DNA of 64,000 bases, from contig RXKC01000001.1 of the NCBI GenBank assembly GCA_003962975.1, positions 38,061-102,060 on the forward strand, given 5' to 3'. The DNA comes from Candidatus Saccharimonadota bacterium (GTDB lineage Bacteria; Patescibacteriota; Saccharimonadia; Saccharimonadales; AWTP1-31). The stretch's first letter is position 1; each line of letters begins with the position of its first letter. The notes under the pieces are model-generated. The model saw only the letters and a list, made by a program, of their open reading frames with translations. It did not search any database and was not told the DNA's origin. A program made the translations under genes and the position numbers. Of this stretch, positions 36,829 through 45,407 are shown piece by piece.

Positions 36829-38244
36829 ATGGAAGTGCAGACATTTACTTCAGACACTAAACGTTTGGCTGGAACGGAAACCGAGCACGGTTGCCAGGTC
36901 GAGCGTGAATTTAACGGTCACATGCTTGTGGGCCATGAGATTGCGCGCTATGTCTATGACTACATGGACGAAGATGTTGCCCACGCCGGCTATCATTTAG
37001 AAACGGGAGACAGGGCATACCCTGATATTAATGGTCACTTTGAATTTGCCACTGCAGAAGAAGTCTCTTTTAGGAGCGTTATAGAACGCGAATTTTGGGG
37101 CGGTCAGTTTGTGTTCCGTGCTATGCAGCGAGCCAAAGAGGCCGGACGAATTGCTGATTTTAAGATCACTAAGAACGTAAACAACGGTATCTTCTATTGG
37201 GGATACCACGAAAACTATCTGACGCCACGAACCGAATGTTGGCAAGAACAGTACATATTGCCATTGGCCGTGCACCTTGCAACCCGACAAGTCTTTGCGG
37301 GTGCTGGCGATCTGCGTCCAGACGGAACATATTTGGTGTCACAAAAAGCCGACAGTACTAGGTCTCTCAACCATGGTGAGGCACACCAAGAGCTCTGGCG
37401 ACCACTGGTCGACATGCGTGACGAGCCACACGCTGACGCAGACATGTATCGACGACAACATATAACTCCTGTTGACCCACATCTGTGGAAGTTCCCAGCG
37501 TGGTTGCAGATGGCTACTACTTCGGTGGTTATGCGGTTAGTAGAGGGAGGGGTAGACTTGAGTGACCTGTATTTGCAGAATCCGGTCGCAGCAACTCACC
37601 AGGTAGCTAAAGACGTTTGGCTCAAGCAGCCACTAGAAATGGCAAATACACAAAAGACGTACACAGCGCTTGAGATTCAGTACCTACTGGCACTACGCAG
37701 CAAGCAGTTTGCAGAAACGCATCCTCTGCCCGAGGAAGAGCAGATAGCCATAAAAGAATGGATACGTATTCTCGAAGATCTACAGAGTGGCCCATCTGCG
37801 TGTGTTGACCGAGTAGAATGGATCGGTAAACGCAATTTTCTGAATGCCATGCGCGAAAGGCGAGGCGTGGATATGAGGCATCCGCATATGGTTGCCGCTG
37901 CTCGCAACTGGACAGACCTCGACCCTGAAACTGGGTTTGGGCTACGCCTGCAACATAAATCTGCTGATATACCGTATGGCGACAACCTTGTAGACGGTTC
38001 GGTGCCGCCAGCTGACACGCGTGCTCACGCCCGCGGCCGCCTGATCGGTGCAGTCATGGCATGGACACGTAGGTCTCAAGAAAGACCAAAACACCCCATT
38101 AGAGGTATGGGTACAGACTGGAGCAGGGCGACATTAGACAGGTCACATAGCGTCAAAGAAGGGCAACATATCCTGATGTTAGACCCGTACCGCTCACGCT
38201 ACGACCATGTCGAAGAAGTCATTGATGAAATGGAGGCCGCCTAA
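36829..38244 (+). CDS. Pup-ligase/deamidase family protein (PafA/Dop-like carboxylate-amine ligase)
   Basis: Collinear matches to the M. tuberculosis PafA sequence as I recall it: GTETEHG (GIETEFG), [11 protein letters not shown] (GSHPEYATAE), WGYHENYL (YGCHENYL), [31 protein letters not shown] ([21 protein letters not shown]), [10 protein letters not shown]. 471 aa. Confidence 0.8.
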   Translation: [471 protein letters not shown]

Positions 38245-38312
38245 GCAAAAGATCAGCAAAAAATACTGACTTGAGTGTAACGCTAAAGTCCAGTATAATC
38301 TTCATCTGTTAC

Positions 38313-38389
38313 GCGGGTCTAGCTCAGTTGTTTAGAGCGCGTCCTTGCCAAGGACGAGGCCAGGGGTTAGAGTCCCCTGACCCGCACCA
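38313..38389 (+). tRNA. tRNA-Gly (anticodon GCC), unusual D-loop/T-loop pair
   Basis: GCGGGTC acceptor, anticodon arm CGTCC-TTGCCAA-GGACG, CCA. D loop is AGTTGTTTA (no GG) and T loop is TTAGAGT (A at position 56). TATAAT at 38294-38299. Confidence 0.85.
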
Positions 38390-38405
38390 ATTTGGTAAAT
38401 CTGTC

Positions 38406-38429
38406 AAATACACCTTCGGGTGTATTTTT
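38406..38429 (+). terminator. intrinsic terminator after tRNA-Gly
   Basis: AAATACACC-TTCG-GGTGTATTT with a T-run. Confidence 0.75.
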
Positions 38430-38487
38430 GTTATGATGAAGTTATGAAAATTATCTCGAGCCAGAGTGCTGAGCGAGGAGAAATAAT

Positions 38488-38856
38488 ATGACACCATTTG
38501 AAGCTTGGAAAGATCCAGTAACTGGCGTAGAGTTTGTGTTTGCTCATTCTGACGAAAAGTTCACAACCGGAGTTATGTACATTCCTCCTGGTGCTGCTCT
38601 ACCTAAACATAATCGACCAAAGGCATTCGAGAACCTAAAACAAATAAGCGGCAAATGTCAGATGACGGTCTTTGATATTGACGGCGAAGGATCCTTTGAC
38701 AAAGTTTTAAATCCTGGAGATACATTACACATGGAAAAAGGGCAATTCCATATACACTCTAACCCTTTTGACGAGAAGTCATTTACACTGTTCAAGGCGG
38801 AGGGGGATATTACGGGAGTGATGAAAGTACTAAGAGAAAACTTTAAGAGTATCTAG
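38488..38856 (+). CDS. cupin-domain protein
   Basis: RBS GAGGAG. Cupin-like motifs (YIPPGAALPKHNRP ... GDTLHMEKGQFHIHSN). 122 aa. Confidence 0.55.
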   Translation: MTPFEAWKDPVTGVEFVFAHSDEKFTTGVMYIPPGAALPKHNRPKAFENLKQISGKCQMTVFDIDGEGSFDKVLNPGDTLHMEKGQFHIHSNPFDEKSFTLFKAEGDITGVMKVLRENFKSI

Positions 38857-38858
38857 GC

Positions 38859-39204
38859 ATGACGGCCCTCGAAATAGCCAAGCATTACTTTGATCTTTCA
38901 AACAGAAGTGACTTTGATGAAATTGCCAAACTGTTCACCAGTACAACTACTTGCAGTTCACAGAATACTGGCGTATATCTTGGGGTAGCAGACATCATCG
39001 ATATGCAGAAAGAGTTCCTTTCAAAGTTTCAGAAGCTCCACTGGCAAGTAAATTCAGCAGAGGAAGTAAAGCCCTGGCATTATCCTGTTTGACTATAGTT
39101 TTGAAGCAACTACAAATTCGGGTGAAGCTACCAATAGTTCCGGGCTTGAATATGTCGTTGTAGCCAACGGAAAAATTCAGCACGTTGAAGTAAGGAATAA
39201 ATAG
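38859..39204 (+). pseudogene. SnoaL/NTF2-like protein gene with apparent +1 frameshift near 39070-39092
   Basis: ORF 38859-39092 stops after ...EEVKPWHYPV. The +1 frame continues GIILFDYSFEATTNSGEATNSSGLEYVVVANGKIQHVEVRNK to TAG 39204, which is the expected C-terminal beta-sheet of the fold. The shift lies near a CCC run. Confidence 0.5.
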
Positions 39205-39227
39205 CTACAAGGAGCTAAAATTCGAAT

Positions 39228-39662
39228 ATGACAGACCAGAACAAGACTAAGCAAACGGACAGTTCAGTAACAGGCTTTTTGAATACGCTTAATGACGAAG
39301 AGGTAGTCAGCGACTGTCTAAAACTTATTGACATCATGACCAAGGTGAGTGGCTGTGAGGCTAAAATGTGGGGCCCAGCTATCATTGGCTTCGATAGCTA
39401 TCACTATAAGTATGCGAGTGGCCGAGAAGGCGACGCACCGGTTATCGCATTCTCTCCGCGTAAGGGCAAGTTAACCGTCTATATAGATGCTCATGATGAA
39501 TCTCGTAATGCCGATTTGTTTGCGAAACTTGGTAAACATACAACCAGTAAGGTGTGTATTTACATTAAGCGTTTGAGCGATATTGACCTGTCCGTGCTGA
39601 CCCAGATAGTCGAAAAATCCTATCACTACACAAAGTCTCTCTCAGAAACTGAGCACGCGTAA
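39228..39662 (+). CDS. DUF1801 (YdhG-like) domain protein
   Basis: Family recalled from VTGFLNTL...MWGPAIIGFDSYHYKYASGREGDAPVIAFSPRKGKLTVYI. Confidence 0.5.
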   Translation: MTDQNKTKQTDSSVTGFLNTLNDEEVVSDCLKLIDIMTKVSGCEAKMWGPAIIGFDSYHYKYASGREGDAPVIAFSPRKGKLTVYIDAHDESRNADLFAKLGKHTTSKVCIYIKRLSDIDLSVLTQIVEKSYHYTKSLSETEHA

Positions 39663-39695
39663 ACCTAAAATTTGCTATAATTACATTTAAGTTTT

Positions 39696-40808
39696 ATGAC
39701 TTCAGAAAACAATCTCGACTTAAACCGAATCAACGCATCAATTGCCGATAGATCGGACGTGTTTTATTGGCAGACCGACCGTGCGGTTGAGCCAGAAGAG
39801 GCTGGTCACATTTGGGCGGATCGACATCGCTATTTCACGGACGATGAACTTCTAGAGCGGGTAAATGCTGTACTGCCTGGTGATAAGCTTGCGTCAATAC
39901 AACCACTAGACCAAGAAGCACAAACAAATTTGGGCAATGTGAGCTCGGTGCGAGTTGGTGTGCTTGAAGGTGGTGACGAAGTCATAATGCGCTGTTTCCC
40001 GAAAGGAGTCTTGAATGGCTACTTCCATGCTGAAGCAGCGGCTGCCGATAAGGTTCGCGCGGCAGGACTGCCGACATATCAGACCTTTGCAATTCATGAT
40101 TTTGAAGGCGGCGATGATTTTGCGTTTCATGTACTGCAAAAGCTGCCGGGCTTTGCGATTCGGCGGTGGCTAGAACAGCACCCTGAAGATGAAGACAGCC
40201 TGATTGCTGAAGTAGGTGCAACAATGGCGCGAATGCACACTGTGTCAGTAACTGGGTTCGGGCCTTTCGATAATGAGAAGGCTAAGACTGGTCAATCGGT
40301 TGGACTACACGAAACCTATGCGCAAGCGTTGCGTGCAGGTTTGCCGTTTAACCTTAAAGTGCTCGTTGATGAAGGTATATTCACGCCGGCTCAAAGCGAA
40401 GCGGTAGCCAAACTATTTACCGACGACAACCCACTACTGCAAGTCAGTGATTCAGTCCTGGTACACAATGACTTTGCAGATTGGAATCTGCTCACAGATG
40501 GCAAGAGTGTTACGGGTATTCTGGACTACGACGAATGTGTCGGTGGCGACCCAGTGTCAGATATTGCCTGCTGGAGCACATTCTTTGAGCCAAAACGTAT
40601 GGACGCGTTCTTAAAGGGCTACTTTAGTGTTGCTGAAAAGCCGGCTGACTTTGAGGCTAAATTTGAGCTACTTAGACTACGCTACACCGTTTCTAAAATG
40701 ACACTTCGTATTCGCCGCTATACCTGGAGTCCCAGCGAGGATGTTAAGAAGCGAATAGAAAACGGCAAGGAACACCTCGCTCAATCTCTGAAGTACTTCG
40801 AAATATAG
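39696..40808 (+). CDS. phosphotransferase (APH/choline-kinase-like) family protein
   Basis: Catalytic loop LVHNDFADWNLL and the Mg-binding ILDYDE motif. TATAAT at 39676-39681. Confidence 0.8.
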   Translation: MTSENNLDLNRINASIADRSDVFYWQTDRAVEPEEAGHIWADRHRYFTDDELLERVNAVLPGDKLASIQPLDQEAQTNLGNVSSVRVGVLEGGDEVIMRCFPKGVLNGYFHAEAAAADKVRAAGLPTYQTFAIHDFEGGDDFAFHVLQKLPGFAIRRWLEQHPEDEDSLIAEVGATMARMHTVSVTGFGPFDNEKAKTGQSVGLHETYAQALRAGLPFNLKVLVDEGIFTPAQSEAVAKLFTDDNPLLQVSDSVLVHNDFADWNLLTDGKSVTGILDYDECVGGDPVSDIACWSTFFEPKRMDAFLKGYFSVAEKPADFEAKFELLRLRYTVSKMTLRIRRYTWSPSEDVKKRIENGKEHLAQSLKYFEI

Positions 40809-40882
40809 CTCTTTGTAATCTTTGGGTCGAGTACTAGGTGGAGTAAACTAAAAGTACATAAGACGTAAAAGGGGACAAGGCA

Positions 40883-41263
40883 ATGGCAAAGTATGTAGAT
40901 GGTTTTGTGTTAGTAGTACCAAAGGGCAAAGAAGCTGAATACCAGAAAATGGCTGAGCTTGGTCGTGATTCATGGATGAAGAACGGCGCACTCCAATACT
41001 TTGAATGTAAAGGCAATGATCTTAAGGTCCAAGAAATGGGCGATCAAAAATCACGCGGCTACAAAGACATGACCGATGCCAGTGACGATGACAACGTCTG
41101 GTACTCGTTCATCGTTTTTGAATCTAAAGAACACCGCGATGAAGTCAACGCTAAGGTCATGGCCGAAATGGACGAAACCTACAGCGAAGAAACTGATTTT
41201 GAAATGCCAAATGACATGCAAAAAATGGCATACGGCGGTTTTGAGGTAGTCGTTGAAGGATAG
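40883..41263 (+). CDS. DUF1428 family protein
   Basis: N-terminus MAKYVDGFVLVVPKGKEAEYQKMAE...ALQYFEC matches the recalled DUF1428 pattern. 126 aa. Confidence 0.55.
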   Translation: MAKYVDGFVLVVPKGKEAEYQKMAELGRDSWMKNGALQYFECKGNDLKVQEMGDQKSRGYKDMTDASDDDNVWYSFIVFESKEHRDEVNAKVMAEMDETYSEETDFEMPNDMQKMAYGGFEVVVEG

Positions 41264-41771
41264 TCCTGAAGCTAGCCCTGAGCAGATCACAAATGCCAAG
41301 AAGCTTCTAAAGACGGTGAGGCATGCAGCGTATGCAACGGTCAGCGAGGATGGTACGCCGCATAACTCACCATTGATGTTGATCTATAACGACGATCTTT
41401 CGAAACTTTACATTGGTTCGCATAGCGATTCACTACATAGCAAGAACATAGCGCGTACCGGAAAAGCCTTTGTGGTTTTGTTTGACTCTTTTGTCAAAGG
41501 GCAAGGCGGCGTGTACATAACTGCCGTCAACGGGCACGAGTGTCAGGACGACGAACTCACAGAAGCGCTGAGTGTGCATAATGCCGTTCGAACTCGCTAC
41601 AGCAGACAAGCAATAGAGCAGAGTTTTTATATGGCTCCAAAACCTGCCCAAAGAATGTACAGCCTGGATATAGAAAAGATTGAAGTGTACAGTCCAGAGC
41701 GCAATAGCGAGGGGTTGATTGTGCAAGAAACTAGAACCCCTGTGTCAACCACGGCCTTACTAGATGCATAG
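41253..41771 (+). CDS. pyridoxamine 5'-phosphate oxidase-like FMN-binding protein
   Basis: Split-barrel pattern (LKTVRHAAYATVSEDGTPHNSPL...LYIGSHSDSLHSKNI...AFVVLFD). TTG start overlaps the upstream gene by 11 nt. Confidence 0.55.
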   Translation: MKDSPEASPEQITNAKKLLKTVRHAAYATVSEDGTPHNSPLMLIYNDDLSKLYIGSHSDSLHSKNIARTGKAFVVLFDSFVKGQGGVYITAVNGHECQDDELTEALSVHNAVRTRYSRQAIEQSFYMAPKPAQRMYSLDIEKIEVYSPERNSEGLIVQETRTPVSTTALLDA

Positions 41772-41831
41772 AACTTTTGTTGCGAAACTAACGTTGCGAG
41801 ACCCTCACGTTTCCTGACATACTGATGATTC

Positions 41832-43382
41832 ATGTTACAGAACGAGGCGTTAGATATATTAAAGATGGGGCACAATGTGTACCTGACTGGTGCTGCTGGT
41901 AGCGGTAAGACTTTTGCATTGAACCAATACATCAAATATCTTCGTGAAAACAACATTACGGTTGGTGTGACGGCAAGTACCGGCATCGCAGCAACACATA
42001 TGAACGGCATGACCATTCATTCCTGGGCTGGTCTGGGTGCGGGTGACGCTATAGATATCGATAGTATTTTGACTCGGCCTACCCTGAAGAAGCGAATGCT
42101 AGAAACAAAGGTGCTCATTATCGATGAAGTATCTATGTTAGACGGCAACATCCTTGACGCGGTTGATGCTATCACTCGAGCCTTTAAGGACAAGACAAAA
42201 CCTTTTGGAGGCTTGCAGGTTGTCTTGAGTGGTGACCTGTTTCAGTTACCTCCCGTCTCCAAATCAGGTGAACCATTCTTTATCTTTAAGTCTGCCGCAT
42301 GGAAAGCCATGGGGCTGAAGATCTGCTACTTAGAAGAGCAGCACCGACAAGACGACAGTAGTCTTTTGAATATTCTGAACGCTATTCGAGCGAATAATGT
42401 CGACGAGACGCATTTCGAAGAGCTCAGTGAGCGTATGAAGCCAGCTCCTAAAGACGAAGATATCATCAAGCTGTATACGCACAATGCGCATGTTGACGAT
42501 ATCAATACAGAAGAGCTAAAGAAGATAAAAGGCAAAACTACGTCATATATTATGGCGACACATGGGCAAAAGAATGCTGTGGAGTCGCTAATAAAACGCT
42601 GCTTGGCACCTGAACAACTGCAGCTTAAAGTTGGTGCCGAGGTTATGTTTGTGGCCAATAACCCAACCAAAGATTTTTATAACGGTACCTTAGGTAAAGT
42701 GCTCGAATTTAACGATGCTGGTCAGCCGGTTGTCCAGACCAGACACAAACGGATTACCGTTGAGCCACATAGCTGGAAGACAGAAGACGGCGACAAGACC
42801 ATTGCCGAGGTAGAGCAATTACCATTGCGGCTGGCTTGGGCTATAACGATTCATAAAAGTCAGGGTATGAGCCTAGACGCAGCCGAAGTAGACCTTTCTA
42901 AATCATTTGAGCCAGGCATGGGGTACGTGGCCTTGTCTCGGGTGAGAAGTATTGAGGGGCTGTATATTAAGGGCATTAACAATATGGCCATGGTGGTTAA
43001 CGAACTGATCATAGATTTTGATGCCCAGCTCAAAGCGCGATCTGCACAAGCAGTGGCTGGCCTAAAGACAATAAGCAAAAAGTCGATGGACCAGTATCAC
43101 CAGACAGTCCGTAAAGCTTTGCAGTCCGACGAGGACAAGCTGTTAGCAGATTACGACGAGGCGGTATTTGAAAAGCTCAAACAATGGCGCACCAAGCAAG
43201 CTGATAAGCAGAGTGTCCCTGCCTACGTGATTTTGCCTGACAAGACCCTTAAACTAATCGCGGCAATCTTGCCAAGCGACAAACAGGCCTTAGCTCGGAT
43301 TAGTGGAATTGGCACCGTAAAACTCGAAAAATACAGCGCAGACATACTATCTGTTATTGAATCGACCCAGCCATACAAGTAG
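41832..43382 (+). CDS. Pif1/RecD-like SF1 helicase with C-terminal HRDC-like domain
   Basis: Walker A GAAGSGKTF, Walker B LIIDEVSM, later motifs QLPPV and AITIHKSQGMS. C-terminal about 80 aa is HRDC-like (WRTKQA...PAYVILPDKTLKLIAAILP...ISGIGTVKLEKY). CATACT lies 8 nt before the ATG. Confidence 0.82.
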   Translation: MLQNEALDILKMGHNVYLTGAAGSGKTFALNQYIKYLRENNITVGVTASTGIAATHMNGMTIHSWAGLGAGDAIDIDSILTRPTLKKRMLETKVLIIDEVSMLDGNILDAVDAITRAFKDKTKPFGGLQVVLSGDLFQLPPVSKSGEPFFIFKSAAWKAMGLKICYLEEQHRQDDSSLLNILNAIRANNVDETHFEELSERMKPAPKDEDIIKLYTHNAHVDDINTEELKKIKGKTTSYIMATHGQKNAVESLIKRCLAPEQLQLKVGAEVMFVANNPTKDFYNGTLGKVLEFNDAGQPVVQTRHKRITVEPHSWKTEDGDKTIAEVEQLPLRLAWAITIHKSQGMSLDAAEVDLSKSFEPGMGYVALSRVRSIEGLYIKGINNMAMVVNELIIDFDAQLKARSAQAVAGLKTISKKSMDQYHQTVRKALQSDEDKLLADYDEAVFEKLKQWRTKQADKQSVPAYVILPDKTLKLIAAILPSDKQALARISGIGTVKLEKYSADILSVIESTQPYK

Positions 43383-43403
43383 CCATTTGCTATGATATGA
43401 GCA

Positions 43404-44510
43404 GTGACTAAGCATAAAAAGAAACAAAGTAACCCATGGAAATATCCCAAGCTGGTTCTCGCGCTGGGGCTGGGCATCGTGGTAGCTTTTTCTTCGATCT
43501 CATACGTATCTTTACGGGCACCAGATCTACCATCGCCGTCACTTAAAGATCTGGCTGCAAAACACGGTATTGACTTGGGCATGCTGGTCTATGACCATAA
43601 ACTCAACGATAGAATCTACCCAGACCTTGTTCGTGATCAGTTTGGGTTGGTAACCATAGACGGTGGTGCACATTTTAAAGAGCTAAGACCGTCAGAAACT
43701 GAGTTTGATTTCTCGACTTCCGACACTATTGTTGCCTTTGCAGCGGCCAACAACATGCCTGTGCAGTTACACCACCTGATTTGGGGTGATCGGATCATGA
43801 TTCCAAAGTGGCTCGAGCAAGGGAACTATTCTAAAGATCAGCTGCGGGCTATTTTGCGCGATCACATCACCAAAGTCATGCAGCATTATAAGGGCAGAGT
43901 GCGTGAATATTCGGTCGTGAACGAAGCCTTTACCGAAGCCCAGCATTTGTATGGTTTAAGAAGCTTTTATGGTGACGAGTTGGGTTACGAATACGAGCTG
44001 CTCGATGATTACTTTAGGTGGGCCAAGCAAGCTGACCCTGACGCTAAGCTGATTCTTAATGACTTTAATAATGAAACCAAAAACAAGGTTTCGGACGCTA
44101 TGTATGTGTATATAAAAGCGGCAAAGGCTCGAGGTGTGCCAATCGACGGTATTGGTATGCAAATGCACATTAATGCTTCGAATATTCCTCCTAAACAAGC
44201 CTTGCTCGACAACATGAAACGGTTTGGTGAGCTTGGAGTGTCGATCTATATCACTGAGTTTGACATCAATAGTAACTCTGTAAAACAAAGTGAAGCAGAT
44301 AAGGATAAGTTGGAGTCCCGAATTATGTATGATGTTACGCGCGCCTGTATTGAGTCTAAGGTTTGTAAGAGCATGACGGTCTTTGGTTTGACTATGAAGA
44401 ACGATCTCGTGAAAAAGCTCACCAGGGCTAACTCTCGTGACCTGCTCTTTACTAGTCGTTTCGAACCAACTCAGGCCTATTTTGGACTGAGACAAGCTTT
44501 CTCGGAGTGA
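43404..44510 (+). CDS. glycoside hydrolase family 10-like (endo-beta-1,4-xylanase fold), membrane anchored
   Basis: GTG start, N-terminal TM. Catalytic-type motifs YSVVNEAF (acid/base) and IYITEFDIN (nucleophile) with TIM-barrel spacing. Confidence 0.65.
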   Translation: MTKHKKKQSNPWKYPKLVLALGLGIVVAFSSISYVSLRAPDLPSPSLKDLAAKHGIDLGMLVYDHKLNDRIYPDLVRDQFGLVTIDGGAHFKELRPSETEFDFSTSDTIVAFAAANNMPVQLHHLIWGDRIMIPKWLEQGNYSKDQLRAILRDHITKVMQHYKGRVREYSVVNEAFTEAQHLYGLRSFYGDELGYEYELLDDYFRWAKQADPDAKLILNDFNNETKNKVSDAMYVYIKAAKARGVPIDGIGMQMHINASNIPPKQALLDNMKRFGELGVSIYITEFDINSNSVKQSEADKDKLESRIMYDVTRACIESKVCKSMTVFGLTMKNDLVKKLTRANSRDLLFTSRFEPTQAYFGLRQAFSE

Positions 44511-44521
44511 GTTGCTAACAA

Positions 44522-44917
44522 TTACGATGCCTTGTTTTGATTGACTTCAATTGCGGACAGGACGAGTTTCTGAATAGCCGGACCATTTACGGCATCACCT
44601 TCATGCAGTTCAATCGCACGGAGCGCTGAACTGTTTAGTCGAGCATTAAAAATCTTGTCGGTGTCCTGTAGCTGCGCCCCTTTGGCAAAGAGCAGCTTTA
44701 TATTGTCTTTCCACGTTTCGGTATAGCAAAGAATGCCTTGATGACTCCAGACAGGCAGGCCTTCTGGTCTGCTGGCCATTTTCCACTTTATTTCTTCAGT
44801 TATACCTGGGCTGCTGGCCAATATGGCTGCACGGATTTGCGAAAGAACTTCACCCTTCCATCCTCCGTAGGTTTTAATGATGTCATCAATTTGTTGACTG
44901 GCAGATTTGTCATGCAT
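44522..44917 (-). CDS. DUF1801 domain protein
   Basis: Recalled family pattern ([24 protein letters not shown]...EEIKW...[28 protein letters not shown]). Confidence 0.5.
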   Translation of the reverse strand: MHDKSASQQIDDIIKTYGGWKGEVLSQIRAAILASSPGITEEIKWKMASRPEGLPVWSHQGILCYTETWKDNIKLLFAKGAQLQDTDKIFNARLNSSALRAIELHEGDAVNGPAIQKLVLSAIEVNQNKAS

Positions 44918-44971
44918 AAAGTAGGGCCCTTATTACAGAAAGTATACGCTACTGTTTGCTATGATTACCTT

Positions 44972-45334
44972 ATGAATGAACGAAATCAACGTATTTATAC
45001 AATGACCTTTGCTAGGGTGTACCCACTGTACATAACTAAAGCAGAGAAAAAGGACAGACAAAAAGCCGAAGTAGATCAGATTATCTGCTGGCTCACGGGG
45101 TATAGCGATAAACAATTACAAACTAGTGTCGAAGAGCAGGTCACTTTTGAAGAGTTTTTTGCGAACGCACCTAGGTTAAACCCAAGTAGAAAGCTGATCA
45201 CAGGTATGATTTGTGGTGTAAGGGTCGAGGAAATCAAAGAACCCCTCATGCAAGAAATTAGATATCTCGACAAGCTCATCGACGAGCTTGCAAAAGGTAA
45301 GGTAATGAGCAAAATTCTAAGGAGCGACAAGTGA
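44972..45334 (+). CDS. DUF2200 family protein
   Basis: ORF track starts at 44738, but that extension is antisense to the DUF1801 gene. ATG 44972 gives [44 protein letters not shown], matching the recalled DUF2200 N-terminus. Confidence 0.6.
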   Translation: MNERNQRIYTMTFARVYPLYITKAEKKDRQKAEVDQIICWLTGYSDKQLQTSVEEQVTFEEFFANAPRLNPSRKLITGMICGVRVEEIKEPLMQEIRYLDKLIDELAKGKVMSKILRSDK

Positions 45335-45407
45335 GGCTAGGCATTGTACTTTACCGGCTGGGTTTGCTCTGCTTGGGCTCAGTGCGATTATTACAGAAAT
45401 TGTAGTC

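Noticed and set aside
36663-38312. Search for a Pup/UBact-like small ORF (C-terminal GGQ/GGE) next to the PafA/Dop-like gene.
   Set aside because: No ORF with such an ending lies in the flanking intergenic DNA or elsewhere in the window. HtpX ends in QGG and the 91-aa ORF ends in FLEG, but neither resembles Pup.
43956-44495. 179-aa minus-strand ORF inside the GH10-like gene. Similar antisense ORFs occur inside uvrA, the 1035-aa gene, the ABC genes and glmS.
   Set aside because: The sense strands carry clear catalytic motifs. The antisense products are low-complexity or motif-free.
44738-44971. N-terminal 78-aa extension of the DUF2200 ORF.
   Set aside because: It is antisense to the DUF1801 gene (44522-44917). 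The family-typical N-terminus begins at ATG 44972.
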